Positions 10,058 through 23,356 are shown, counted from the first letter of the stretch. The stretch is DNA of 64,000 bases from Raja brachyura (GCA_963514005.1 OY740804.1:30690001-30754000); one strand, 5' to 3'. Made by a program: numbers and translations. The notes: generated by a model not told the origin, from the sequence alone.

Positions 10058-10515
10058 AGAGTCACACAGTTTGGAAACAGGACGTTCAGCCCAACTTGCC
10101 CACACTGACCAAAACATATCCCATCTACATTAGTCCCACCTGCCTGCATTTGGCCCATATTCCTCTAAACCTGTCCTATCCCATGTACTTGTCCAAATAT
10201 TTCTGAATCTTTGTGATACTACCTGCCTTAACTACCTCCTCTGGCAGCTCGTTCCATATACCCACAACCTTCTGTGCGAAAATGTTATTCCTCAGGTTCC
10301 TATTAAATCTCCCCCCTCCCCACCACCACCTTAAACTTATGTCTTTGATTCTCGATTCCACTACTCTGGGCAGACGACTCTGTGCGTCTACTCAATCTAT
10401 TCCTCTCATGATTTTGTACACCTATGTAAGATCACCCCTCATCCTCCTGCGCTCCAAGGAATAGAGTCCCAGCCTGCTTCCCTATAGCTCAGGCCCTCGA
10501 GTCCTGGTAACGTCC
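10058..10515 (-). mobile_element. CR1 LINE 3' fragment
   Basis: Minus-strand translation FNRNLRNNIFAQKVVGIWNELPEEVV...LDKYM, similar to the ORF2 C-terminus at 30400-30640, followed by a CR1 tail. Confidence 0.85.
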
Positions 10516-12149
10516 TCTAAAATGTTGTACAAAATATTGCTGGTACGAACAGTACTGCAACATCCAATGAATGTTCAAGAAGATGTTAGAATTGCTTTAC
10601 AGCACACCTTATAAACAATGTGGAAATATGTTTAGAAATGAATAGAATGAATAAAGAATCCAACATTATCAGGAAGTCTTTTTGGATGTAATTATTCTCC
10701 CAGTAAGTAGCTGCAAACACTGCAAAATTGAAAGCAATGCAAAGCGATTTATTTCTCAATTTGGATATCCAGAAGACTAATTGTAAAGCTAAGGGGAAAA
10801 CAGATTGACAATAAATGTTATGTTATTTGGTACATATTGCTGTTGTGCTATTTAGCAATCTATAAATTAGATGAGGCAACTAAACCCGAGTCTGTTGACT
10901 GAGGACATAAAGCACAGTGCACAAGAGTATAACTGGTAAAGAATAAATAACTACAACAGAGTCAGTCAATAAATCAAACAGGTGCAGTCTTGGAACAGAG
11001 AGAATGCTCCATTTAAAGACTTCCACCAATCTTTAAGAGTTAAAATCTGCTTGCTAGCATAAGATGCTGACGTTGCATAAGTGTTGCAAATCTTGTGTCA
11101 AATAATCATTGTTATTTAGTAAAATGTCGATCACTTTTTCTTTTATTCTCAGTGTTTTCTCTCCAATAATCTAGCAGAGCATGCGGAACAATTTGTGGTT
11201 TGTTTAACAACCTAAATTCACTGAACAAGCCAGGACAATACTTAAGATTTGAGACCATTAAACTAAAAGGGAACTGCAGATGCTGAAAGCGTGAGCAAAA
11301 CACAAAGTGCTGGAGTAACTCAGTGGTCAGGCACTATCTCTGAAGGACTCAGACAGACGTGTTTTTGGTCAGCACCCTTATTCTGAAGAGATTAGGCACC
11401 CTCCAGTGTCCTCTGCACCTCACCAGGAGCTGTTCCTTCCCTCGTTTCACACGACATCCAGAACTTGGATAAAAGAGCCAAATAAAGAGCCCCTTTCCTG
11501 CACCATCGTCATTTAACCAGTCCCACAGTTCACCATATTATATCTCTCTTGAGATCACACCTTCCCTGGCCAACAATCGGCCTATCAGGGCACCTCCCTG
11601 CCTGAGATCATTTGTGGCTGCCCCCCTGATTGCTCCTGGTCTTTTCTCACCTCCTCCCCCCGCCCCCCTCCCTCCCACCCCCCGCCCCCTACTGTCAGTC
11701 GTGACACGAAACGTCACCTATCCTTTTCTTCACTCAGTTATAAATGCGGTTATTAATTCCGTGAATTGCAACTTTGCTCACCAACATTTCACCGGTGACT
11801 TTCTCAAATGCCCCAACATTGTACAGCACAAAATCTTCTTTGAAGTTCTGACACTGTTTGGCATTTAACAAGATACAAACATTAGACAACAGCTGAAGCT
11901 GCCTGACGCCTGCAGACTCGAGCTGTGAATAGTTCCTAAACCATGACTAATATTTAAGAACAGCTTTGAAAACATCCAAGGGTTTTCTAGCCGCCAATAC
12001 ACAGGAATATATCTAGTAAAATAGATTAACTCAAAATTAATACAGGGCCCACGATACTGTTGCACCAATGACAGATGGTAGGATGGCCAAGACTGGAAAC
12101 TCAATGTCACAGGTACAGAGTTATCAGACTAGACAGATGGGGAGTAAAA

Positions 12150-12272
12150 GCCTGTGTCTGAGTATATATGTTTCTATGTCTCTACATGTGTGTGTATATA
12201 CAGTACATATATATGTATATATATATATATATGTGTGTGTGTATATTTATTTATTTTTAAATATATATATAC
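12150..12272. repeat. (TA)n/(TG)n low-complexity tract
   Basis: Direct inspection. Confidence 0.85.
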
Positions 12273-12407
12273 ACCCACACTGATCTTTTTGTCTCGTTTA
12301 TTATATTGTTTACAGTGTACTATGTTTAGATATTCTGTTGTGCTGCTGTAAGTAAGAATGTTATTGTTCTATCTGGAACATATGACAATACAACACTCTT
12401 GACTACA

Positions 12408-12706
12408 TTTTAGAGCTACAGCACGGAAACATGCCCTTTGGCTCACCGAGTCCGCGCCGACCAGCAATCACCCCAATACACTAACATTATCCTACACACT
12501 AGGGACAATATACAATTTTTGCCAAAGCTAATTAACCTGCAAACCTGTACATCTCTGGAATGTGGGAGGAAACCGGAGCACCAGGAGGAAACCCACATGG
12601 TCACAGTGAGAATATACCAACTACATACAATCAGCACCCAGTATAGTCAGGATTGAACCCGGGTCTCTGGTGCTGCAATGCAACAACTCTTTCGCTGCGC
12701 CACTGT
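12408..12706 (-). mobile_element. V-SINE (HE1-like)
   Basis: Reverse-complement match to 7669-7964 including B-box and V-domain. Confidence 0.85.
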
Positions 12707-12829
12707 GTCAAAGTTTGCATTACTTTATTGAACCTAGAAGGCTCTTCAAAAGAGGCCACATAGGTAGGGATTTAAAGCAGAGGGTGTCATCACTTCACTG
12801 AGCGGAGACTTCAGACCACCCGGCAGTCA

Positions 12830-13447
12830 ACGGGAGATGGAGGAACAGCTATGTGGATAGACATCAGAGAGGTGCAATAAAGGTAAAGCTAATGTACTAG
12901 GGGATTTCAATGTCCTCAATATTAACTAGAGACTACCTTAGTGTTGAGGGCTTGGCAGGGGTGGAATATGGAAGCTGGAGAGTTCAGGGAAGAGAACGGT
13001 GATTATGAAACAGGAGGCGTGGGCGGATTTAAGGCGCATGAAGGTGGTTAAATCTTTGGGGCTTAACCACGTGTATCGTAGATGTTGGGGAGAAGCAAGG
13101 GAGGAGATTGCCTGGATAGCGTAAATGTGCAGAGGATGTTTCCACTAGTGGCAGAGTCCAGGACCAGAGGTCATAGCCTCAGAATAAAAGGACGTACCTT
13201 TAGAAATGAGATGAGGAGGAATTAGTCAGGTGGCGGAGGAATTCATGGACACAGGCATCTGTAGAGGCTGTCAATAGATATTTTTTTAAGGCAGAGATAG
13301 ATAGATTCTTGATTAGTAAGGGTGTCAGGGAATTATGGGGGAAAATGCAGGATAATGGGGTTGAAATTGAAAGATAGATTAGCTATGATTGAATGGTGTA
13401 GACTTGAAGGGCCGAATAGCCTAATTCTGCTCCTAGAGCTTATGAAC
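12830..13447 (+). mobile_element. Degenerate CR1 pieces (endonuclease remnant and 3' end)
   Basis: RPP and GDFN-like codons at 12814-12920. MFPLVAESRTRGHSLRIKG segment and CR1 3' UTR at 13130-13447. Confidence 0.65.
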
Positions 13448-13587
13448 GGGTGATCGAGGAAGAGGACTGAACTTTGGTGCCTTCTCTCACAGTGGGAAAC
13501 GATAATTCCACTGTAGGTGATGTTTTTATGTTTAATGTTAAATTCTATAGTGGGAATATATTATAGTTTTAGTGTGTATAGTTTTGG

Positions 13588-13765
13588 AAACATAGAAACA
13601 TAGAAAATAGGTGCAAAATGAGGCCATTCGGCCCTTTGAGCCATCACCACCATTCATTGTGATCATGGCTGATCGTCCCCTATCAGTAACCCGTGCCTGC
13701 CTTCTCCCCATATCCATTGACTCCACTAGCCCCTAGAGCTCTATCTAACTCTCTCTTAAATCCAT
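13588..13765 (-). mobile_element. CR1 3' end with (TTCTATGT)n tail
   Basis: Reverse complement of the 30560-30740 terminus; translation FKRELDRALGASG..GYGEKAGTGY. Confidence 0.88.
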
Positions 13766-14072
13766 CTCTTAATTGTGTGCTACATGGCAACTCAAATTTC
13801 ACTGCACCAATTGGTGTATGTGACAATAAATGTTGTTTGTCCTTTGAACCTATTGCAGGAGCCCTGGCAGAGATTCCTGAACCGTTGTTAGCCACGGTTG
13901 AGATACTGGAAGACTGGAGGATGGCAATGTTGTGGCTTTATTTAAGAAGGGCCACAAGGATATCTAATATCAAAGACACACAACATTCTGGCCATTCTCT
14001 CTCCCCGACCGTGTTATTCAGTCCATCCTTCTTATCCTTCCATCCTTCTTGTTGAGTTCACTGAGTATTTTA

Positions 14073-15263
14073 TCAGAATCAGAATTGTTTATTGTCATTT
14101 GAACTGAATAAATAAGTTCAAACAAAATTGCGTTCCTGCAGTCATCATCAAACAAAATAATCAAAACACACAATTAACACATTTTCACACAAATCCATCC
14201 ATCACCCAAAGACCTCCTCACTGTGATGGAAGGCAAAGTCTTATCTCTTCCCTGTTCTCTGTCTCCATTCATCTCCCGCAGTCAAGCAGCCAAACTGCTG
14301 GGGTTACACAAAAAGCTGGAGAATCTCAGCGGGTGCAGCAGCATCTAAGGAGCGAAGGAAATAGGCGACGTTTCGGGTCGAGACCCTTCTTCAGACTGGT
14401 CAGGGATCAGGGAAACGAGAGATATAGACAGTGATGTGGAGAGATAAAGAACAATGAATGAAAGATATGCAAAAAAGTATCAATGATAAAGGAAACAGGC
14501 CATTGTAAGCTGTTTGTAGTGTGAATTGAGAAAATTCAATTGAATTTTCTCAATTCTGTTAACCCAGGCTGCCTCCTCCCCTTCCCACCTCTCCCTCAGC
14601 CCTCGGGTCCTGGCATTCCTTCTCTCTCTATCTCTCCCCCACCCAAGTCGCACTAGCTTCTGCTGCTGCATCAAGCCGATCGAGGCTCCTGATGTTAGAT
14701 GTTGGAGTCGCCCAGTGGGCAATGGTAAATCCCGCGGCCATTTATGCCGCGCCGGGCGATGTAAGGCCCCGTTCCGGGTCGATTTAAACCCCTCGACTCG
14801 GGCGGGCGAAGTTTGCCGATGCGGGAGCTCCAAAAAGCGGTCTCCCACCAGGGACCCGCGAGCTCCCAATGTTACCGTCCACAGGCTGCAGCCAGAGCCA
14901 ACGGGCTCTGAAGTCGGGTCACAGTCGGGTCGCAGCCACGCGCCACCACAGCACTCCGAAGTCGGCTAGCTCCGCAATGGTGAGTCCGCAGGCTCTGCGA
15001 CTGGAGCCACAGGTCGATTCTGGTTGGAGGCCGCCGGTTCCACGATGTTAGGTCCCAACGACAACGGCAACGGAGACTCAACAAGAAAAAGTCGGGTCCC
15101 CGTACAGGGAAGAGATTTAAAGTTTCCCCCACCCCCGCCCTCCACATATACACAGCGAAAAAAGAATATAAAAACAAAACCAAGGCATCCACTTAAGAAG
15201 ACAAAAGAAAAAAAATGACAGACGGACTGCAGAGGCCGCTGCCAACAGGCGCCGCCATCTTCA
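14073..15263 (-). mobile_element. GC-rich non-autonomous LINE-derived (Rex1/L2-like) element interrupted by a Penelope insert at about 14300-14660
   Basis: Minus strand begins AAGATGGCGGCGCC (YY1-like motif), has a CpG-rich non-coding body, and ends TGACAATAAA...TTCTGATTCTGAT like the Rex1-type tails in this window. Confidence 0.5.
14364..14397 (-). ncRNA. Minimal type-I hammerhead ribozyme motif in a Penelope terminal repeat (best-preserved copy)
   Basis: Minus strand AGU CUGAAGA A GGGUC UC GACCC GAAA CGUC GCC: CUGANGA core, stem II, GAAA, palindromic ACGU in place of stem III, GUC triplet. Confidence 0.7.
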
Positions 15264-15747
15264 GCATTCCTTAGCTCTAGAAAAATAGAATATCAACCTA
15301 TTCTAGGTCTCCTTATATGATAGTTCCACCGACCTAAGAACTAGTCAAGTGAATCTAAGCATATTTCTTCCTTTTGAAAAGGAGACCAGAATTATGCGCA
15401 GTGTGGCATGATTAATTGAAGGGCACAGCAAATCTAACACTTTACAACTCTTGTAGTAGGCTACTACTTTTACTGATCACGATTTATGATTCTAATTACC
15501 AGGAGGTAACTGAGAATAGCCCAAGTATTTTATGACTTTCGACAGCTCCAAGATATTTCATATTCCAAACAACATAAGAGGAGCCTCGCTGATCTCATCC
15601 TTCTTGGAATAATCAGTACTGGTGGCAATCTATTTCTCAGAATATTTATTCTTATTACTGCTGCATTTTTGAGCAATTCCTGTTTAAGGTTTTTATCTTA
15701 GCCCCATGACGTTTTGTTGTTTGCATGTTCGTGTATTATTACATTAG

Positions 15748-16040
15748 GGTGACACAGTGGTGCAGCTGGTAGAGATGCTGCCTCATAGAGACCCAGGTTC
15801 AATCCTGACCGTGGATGATGTCTGTGGGGAATTTGCACATTCGCCCTGTGACTGCGTGGGCTTCCTCCGAATGCTCCAGTTTCCTCCCACATCCCCACAT
15901 CCTGAAGACATGAGGGTCTGCAGGTTAATCAGCCTCTGTAATCCTTGTCCCTAATGTATGGGGAGTAGATGATGAAGTGGGATAACATAGAACTATTATG
16001 AACAAGGGATCGATGGTTGACATGGACTCGGTGGGCCAAA
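15748..16040 (+). mobile_element. V-SINE (HE1-like)
   Basis: A and B boxes, V-domain, CR1-type tail. Confidence 0.82.
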
Positions 16041-18452
16041 GAGCCTGTTTCCATGCTGTAGGATGGAAACCATCAAAATTAGCATTGCTGCAATTTAGAA
16101 CTTTAACGTTTTGCCCGTAACTATTTTAAAGCTAATGGAATTGTGGTCGCTGGTCCCAAAAGGCTTTCCCATCGACACTTCAGTCACATTCCCTGCTTGA
16201 TTCCCTAAAAGCAGTGCTGAACAATTATCTACCTCATTGGTGACCCTCAGACTATCCTTGATCGGACTTTGCTGGCTTTACCTTGCATTAAACGTTATTC
16301 CCTTATCATGTATCTATCATACACAGTAAATAGCTCAATTGTAATCATATTTTGTCTTTCTGCTAACTGGATAACACCCAACAAAAGCTTTTCACTGTAC
16401 CTCGGTACACATGACAATAAGCTAAACTTAACGAAAGTAGATCAAGCTTTGCCCTCTCCCCTTGTAGGTCCCTCAACATACTGTCTGAGGAAACTTTCCT
16501 GAACGCATTTGACAAATTCCATCCCATCTATGCCCTCGGCACTATGGCATTCCTAGTCTATATTGGGAAAGTTGAAATTCCCTACTATTAAAACCTATTA
16601 TCTTTGCAGCTGTCTGCGAACTCCTGGCATGTTCGTTCCACTAAATCCCTTGGAGGAGGAATAATACATGTTTTATTTGGGCTTGGCTTCCTTAACTTGA
16701 ACAACTGTTTTTATGTACATTAAAAAAAACAAAAAGTATTGAGTGCCTTCCAAATCTCAAAAGCATTTTTAAAGCACTTTGCAGTCAATGAAGTATCTTT
16801 TAAGTGAAGCCACCTTGGGAAGGGCATTAGCCTGTGTGTCCACTTTGCCCATTGTTGAAGTTTGCTTCTTGCAAAATTGGCCCAGAGTTTCCATCAACTA
16901 TGTGTGGGTCGCATGACATGTTTCCCCTCCTCGTGCGGCCAAAGTATATAAAACCTTCATCAGACATCATAGGCAACCAGCTTCCATCTTGCTTCCCCCT
17001 ATTGCCCAGTTGCCCTCTGAGGATTTGATTCTGCATGACTTGATTAGATGGAACAGATTTGGGTTGATAATGAAATAGCAAACAGCAGGCAGTGAGCAGT
17101 TAACAACAAAATCCTTCATTAACGGCCACGAGGGGATTGCCTCAAGTATTAAGACCAGAGGCTTCAGTAGTATTATGTTCTGAATGCTTTGTTGGTTACA
17201 CGTGCTGGAAGGAGTCTGGCACCAAAGTCCTCTGCTGAAGAGGATAGTGTGCATGGTCGTAGCCATATTAATACCCAATCCCCCATAGGACATAAAACAG
17301 TACAAGACGAGAATTAGCCCTTCAGCCCACAATGTCTGTGTCCAACATGATGCCAAGACCATCACTCTTCAATCTGTGCATAATCCATATCCCTCCAGTC
17401 CTGGCCTATCCAAAAGCCTCCTCTATGACACTCAACCACCATCACCAGCAGCACGTTCAAGGCACTCATCACCTTCTGTGTAAAAAAGATTTGCCCCGCA
17501 CACCTTCTTTAAGATATCCTCCTTCATTGAAACTCATGTCAGAGTCTAAAAACTAATTGACCAGCTCAGCAGGGAATTTGCAACAGAGCTTTGGGTAACT
17601 GTTATCCCTGAAGGATATTCACAGCCATAGGTCAAAAGGAATAGGAGTAGAATTAGGCCATTCAGCCCATCATGTCTATTCAATCATGGCTGATCTATCT
17701 CTCCCTCTTAACCCCATTCTCCTGCCTTCTCCCCATAACCTCTGACACCTGCGCATTCATTACATGAAGACCCCAGGTTTGGTTCCTGGATTACGGTTTG
17801 AGGCTCCTGAGCCAAGCCTGGATGGAATAATGGATTTAAACAGGAGAGTGAGATGGGGAATGGGGTGGAATGAAAGTGAGATAACAAGGGGATGTGTCAT
17901 AGTAGTGAATAAATTAAATCAGTTACCCTGAATCAATCCATGCCCACATCGTGAACGGCCTTGAACGGTCCTTCCATAAGCTAGGTTATTGTCTGATTCA
18001 CCTCTACCCCATTGCGGACACTGAATTTTGTCCATGGAACTGATGTGCTATAATGCGTAGAAAAGTATTTTCTGCACTCTGTATCTTCCCCTTTGCTCGA
18101 CCTATTCTACTTGAGTTTCACTTGATTGTATTTATAGCTATAAACTAAAACTAAACTAAACTAATTTGAAGAAGTTCTCCTCTCTCCGACGTCAGTATAA
18201 ACCAACATTTGCAGTTCCTTCTGACAGTATTATCTGTTCTGATTGGATAGCATGCAAAACAAAGCGATTTGCTGTACCTCGGTGCACATGACAATAATAA
18301 AGCTAAACCTATCCCACCTTAGCTCAAAACTGTAGATAGACACATAAGGCTGGAGTAACTCCACGGGTCAGGCAGCATCTCTGGATGTGCTTTGGATATT
18401 TTTCATTTTGGAGATGGATCTACCTTGAAGTTCTATTCCTCACTCCAACTCC

Positions 18453-19060
18453 AGCACACCAACGCCTCTACCTCTACTTCCTTAGAAGGCATAGGAAGTT
18501 TGGCATGTCTCCAACAACTTTCACCAACATCTACAGATGCGCCATAGAAAGCACTTTATTGGGATGCATCACAGCTTGTTTGGGAACAGCTCCATCCAAG
18601 ACAGCAACAATTTGCAGCAAATTGTGGACGTAGCCCAGACCATCACACAAACAAACCTTCCTTCCATTGACTCCATTTATACCTCACGCTGCCTCGGCAA
18701 GGCCAGCAGCATAATCAAGGACTAGTCTCACCCTGGCCACTCCCTCTTCTCCCCTCACGGGCAAAAGGTATAGGTGTGAAAATGCACACCTCCAGATTCA
18801 GGAACAGTTTCTTCACAGCTGCCAACCATCCAACTACAATTAGACAGCAGTCCTCAACTACTATCTACCTCATTGGATACTATATTTGATCGGACTTTAC
18901 TGAAGTTATCTTGACCTAAACGTTATTCCTTAATCATGTATCTGGACACTGTGAATAGTTCGATTGTAATCATGTATTGTCTTTCCGCTGACTGGTTAGC
19001 ACGCAACAAAAGCTTTTCACTGTACCTCGGTACACGTGAGCTATAAACTAAACTAAACTA
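18453..19060 (+). mobile_element. Rex1/Babar-type LINE 3' fragment (decayed ORF C-terminus plus tail)
   Basis: Frameshifted translation AHQRLY..FLRR.RKFGMSPTT.TN.YRCAIES.L.GCITA.FGNSS.QD...LQ.IV..AQ.IT...LPSI.SIY..RC..KA.SIIKD, then a tail ending (AAACT)n. Related tails occur at about 1560-1700, 16215-16430, 17930-18310, 42480-42680 and 43750-43830. Confidence 0.8.
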
Positions 19061-21519
19061 ATTTGATGAAGTTCTCCTCTCGCCGACTTCAGTGTAAACC
19101 AGCATTTGCAGTTCCTTCTGACACATTGTGGCACTCAGTTGATTGGGCACATTGGTGAAGCAATGAAATGAATGACTTGATTCACTTGATTTCTTCGTGC
19201 AGCCCCCAAAAATGAAATAGATATTGCAACAATTTAAAAACTCTATATTTTAGCAATTCAGATGGTAGATTTGTACTATTTTCATCATTATATTTTTATT
19301 TAATTTGTAAATAATTTAAAATCAATCATGAAATGCCTGCTGGATTTAAAATCCAGATAATACTAAAGTCTCCAGAGCTAAAATGGGCTTTGTTAAAATG
19401 ATCTCAATCAAATTATGCCATCATGCACTCAAAATATCAGTCAGATTACCTTGCTTTTTTAATGTTAACGGAGTTAACATTTCAGGCTGAAGACCTGAAA
19501 GAGATTAATCAAGTTAAGGTTTTAGTTGCAGAGAGAGTGGGTGAGGATTGCTTAGGGCAGGGAGAATATCTCTGAGATTCAGGATGTTGTGGTGATAAAT
19601 TGTTGATAATGCCACCTGGTTGATAGATCTTTGTGGCTTAATCAACAGCTTTTTTTACTCAGACCATTTTCCCCTCCTCTTTCTGCAGGTGCTCCCGTAA
19701 CTGCTGAATGGCTCCAGCATTTTCCATTTTTAATTCAAATTTTCAGTAAATTTTGTGTATTTGGACTTCCAGACTGCACTCCATAATGTGTCACATGAAG
19801 GATATATATATTTTTAATTAATTAAAGATACAGCATAGAAAAAGGCCCTTCGGCCCACCGAGTACAAGCAGGCCCATCTACACTAGTCCCACTTTCTTAT
19901 CCTCTTCTTACACACTCGGGGCAATTTCCAGAGGCCATTTAACCTACAAAGAGGGGAGAGGGGGGAGGGCCGAGGGGTGAAAAGGGAGGGGGGAAGGGGG
20001 AGGGGGGAAGGGGAGGGGGGAGGGGAATGGACATGACATTATCCATTTTGAAAGGTAGAACAAATGAGTAAATTATTGTATAAAAGAGTGAGGCTTCACA
20101 ATATTGCAGTACAAAGAGATCACGAACAAAAGTTAATGAAAGATCAATGAGATAACGCAATTAATTAGGCTGGTTGGTGAAATGTTGGCCTTAATTACAT
20201 GGGGCACAGGGTATAAAATTCAAGAAAGTTTAAATGCAACTTTACGGGACAGTGCTGAGACTGCATTTTGAATATTGCACACAGTTTTGATCTCCATATT
20301 TAACAAATAATTTGGTAAGACGGAGAAAGTTTACTTGATTCATTGCAGGGATGAGAGATGGTAAATGAAAGAATGTGGAATAATATTGATACTGACACAA
20401 TATTTATAAGTTACATTCCTTGGTCTCCGTGTTCATTATCTCACTCAGCCATGGCCTCCTGCCTAGGCTTCCACAGTGCACATGCGATCTGACCTCCAAG
20501 TCAGCTGATACAAAGGTCATGATATTTGCATATCACCATCATGCCTCATCATCATGACATCCCTCCTTTACCAGAATTAAACATTAAATTAATATCTGTT
20601 CTTTCTAATATACTTTCAACTTAAATTCTTACAAATTTATTACAGATTCATCCTTGATCATGCTGGTGGCCATGACATGCTGGGCAGCATGAAATGTGGA
20701 TGGAGTTATGCGATTGTCCAATCTCTTCCAAACCACACATAAATGTTGAAAATGAACTTTCAATATATGTATTTGACTGTCAAGAAATTGTTCCTATTGA
20801 ATTCAAACCAATTCCAAAGATATATGAATATTTGCTCGGTAGCATTTTCAATCTAAGAAGTCATATTTCCTGGGAAGCAATTTTAACAACTTTCCATTTA
20901 ACATCCTTAAATTACTGGAATCTTCCTCAGGAAAATGACATCATCCCAGGTAATCTTAAAATTATTATATATATCAAACCAAAATGATGTACTAAAGCGA
21001 TCAATGTTTCCCATGAAGCGACACTGAGGAATAATGCACCCTGCTATATGTGAATGTCTCACAATAAACTTCAGTCTCAATCTTTGGAGCAGTTCACTTG
21101 TTTCAATCCAGCACCAGGATAAAGCTTGGAAAAAATTAACACCACCCACTGTGTTGCCAATCGTAATAATGTTCTCACAACTGATTGCCAGTGACCTTTC
21201 GAGATCATTTCACGCAGTGAAAATTCAGCATAAATTGAGGTTTCAACCCTCTTGTAATTATTTGCAAAGCGGAGGCTGCATCGTTCAGAAATGAGAGCAG
21301 ATCACTAGGCAGTCCTTGGCATTCTTTCACCTGTTAACTCAATAATCAGAAGGTAGGCACAAAATGCTGGAGTAACTCAGCGGGACAGGCAGCATCTCTG
21401 GAGAGAGGAATGGGTAACGATTCGGGTCAAGACCCTTCTTCAAGCTTCGATCAACAATCCTTTCGCCAATGGAGTAATATTGACAATACCACAAAGGTGA
21501 ATGCCTTTGTAGCCTTGTT

Positions 21520-21860
21520 AGAAACATAGAAAATAGGTGTAGGAGGAGGCCATTCGCCCCTTTGAGCCAGCACCGCCATTCATTGTGATCATGGCTGATC
21601 GTCTCCAATCAATAACCCATGCCTGCCTTCTCCCCACATCCCTTGATTCCACTAGCCCCCAGAGCTCTATCTAATTCTCTCTTAAATACATCCAATGATT
21701 TGGCCTCCACTGCCCTCTGTGGCAGGGAATTCCACAAATTCACAACTCTTCGGTTGAAAATGTTTTTTCTCACCTCAGTCTTAAATGGCCTCCCCTTTAT
21801 TCTAAGACTGTGGCCCCAGGTTCTGGACTCGCCCAACATTGGGAACATTTTTCCTGCATG
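21520..21860 (-). mobile_element. CR1 LINE 3' fragment
   Basis: ORF 21609-21848 MFPMLGESRTWGHSLRIKG... is closely similar to the ORF2 C-terminus of the 28-30 kb LINE. Confidence 0.9.
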
Positions 21861-22058
21861 TCCAGTCCTTTTATAATTTTATATGTTCACATAACATCTA
21901 TAAGTTCTTGGATTATGTTCTAAATAACGTCTTTGAATTATATTCTTATATTCTGAAAAACAAAACACATCATTCTCACAGATGGACGAAATTATGCAAA
22001 AAAAATATGTTAAACTGTTCTTAACCCACTTTATTTCTATTTTCTATTTCCATCTTAT

Positions 22059-22460
22059 CAGCTATGGCTCAGCTGCTAGTACAGGAGATAGTGTTAGAGG
22101 TTATAGATTCCAGAATTTAAGCATAAAAATTCAAGCAGAACTCTCTCATTAGTGAGGGACCGATGTTTGCCAGAAGCAGCGTCTACCTGATTAGGCATTA
22201 AACCAAGGCCTCATTTGCTCTCTTATGGAGGATGTAAAAAATCCCTAGGTGCATTTTTCAAGAGCAGAGGAATTATTTCATTGGGTCCTGGTCAATATTA
22301 ATTCCAGTCAACATTACAATCACATACTATCTGCTCACGAGCACATTGCTGTTTGTGAAGCCCTACTTTGAACAAATTGGTGGCGACATTTCCGATATTG
22401 CACCAGTAGATATACTTCTAAAGTCCTTTAGTCCTATAATGGTTCTGAAAGGCACGAGAA
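22059..22460 (+). mobile_element. Old Deu-domain SINE (SacSINE1/AmnSINE-like)
   Basis: tRNA-like head (AGCTATGGCTCAG) then TTAAACCAAGGCC...GGATGTAAAAAATCCC...AGAGCAG...GTCCTGGTCAATATT...CACATTGCTGTTTGTG...CAAATTGG, matching my recollection of the Deu-domain consensus; not aligned computationally. Confidence 0.7.
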
Positions 22461-23356
22461 AGATTCTAACTCACGGCAAATAAAGACCAAATGGAAATAC
22501 ACCTCTTTCAATACAAATTGTGATTAGTATTTAAACCTGGGTCCCAAGTGAATTGTGAAACTCGGACTCGCACTAGCTTATAAACACTGCATTAAGTCCT
22601 TCCTTATATATTTATCTATCACAAGTACATTTTAATTGGAAAAATAATAACAGCCATCACCTATCAATCATTTCAGTATGGAAGAGGCAGGTGTGTAACT
22701 TTGTTCCACCACCAATGTTACTGCTTCATTCAAGCAACACAGTGCCACAGACAATAGAGCTGCTGCCTCACAGCATCAGGGGCCTGGATTCCATTCTGAC
22801 CTCGGGTGCCATCTATGTGAAGTTTGCACGTTCTCCCTGTGACCACGTGGGTGCTCCGGTTTCCTCAAACATATCGAAGACATTCACGTTCATTTGTTAA
22901 CCTGCCACTGTAAGGAATGGTCAAATCTGGGAGTATTTTCTGGAATAATGGAAAGAATAAAAATGGAATCAATGTAGGATTCACGAAAATGGTGTTGAGG
23001 TGGTGCAGGTGATGGGTGAAGGGACTGTTTCTCTGCTGAATCTCTCTATCATGACATTAAAAATGCCCATGTACTTTTCAAACTATGCACACACTAGATG
23101 GAGCTAACTGATACAACATTACAATTCAACTTACTTACAATTCAAACAGCATTCTAATGGGATATAAAAAATATGTTCATATTGTTTCCAGAATTATGGT
23201 TTAACCCACTGTGTAAGCGAGCAAAAATACCCCTAACGCATGTCTCAGACTCGACCAAATGTGACGAGTACCAAGGGAAGCCACATGCTGAGAAGCCACA
23301 GGTCGTTCAGTGCTGATAATCTTTCTAAATTCCAACTAAACCAGCCTCTCAGTATT

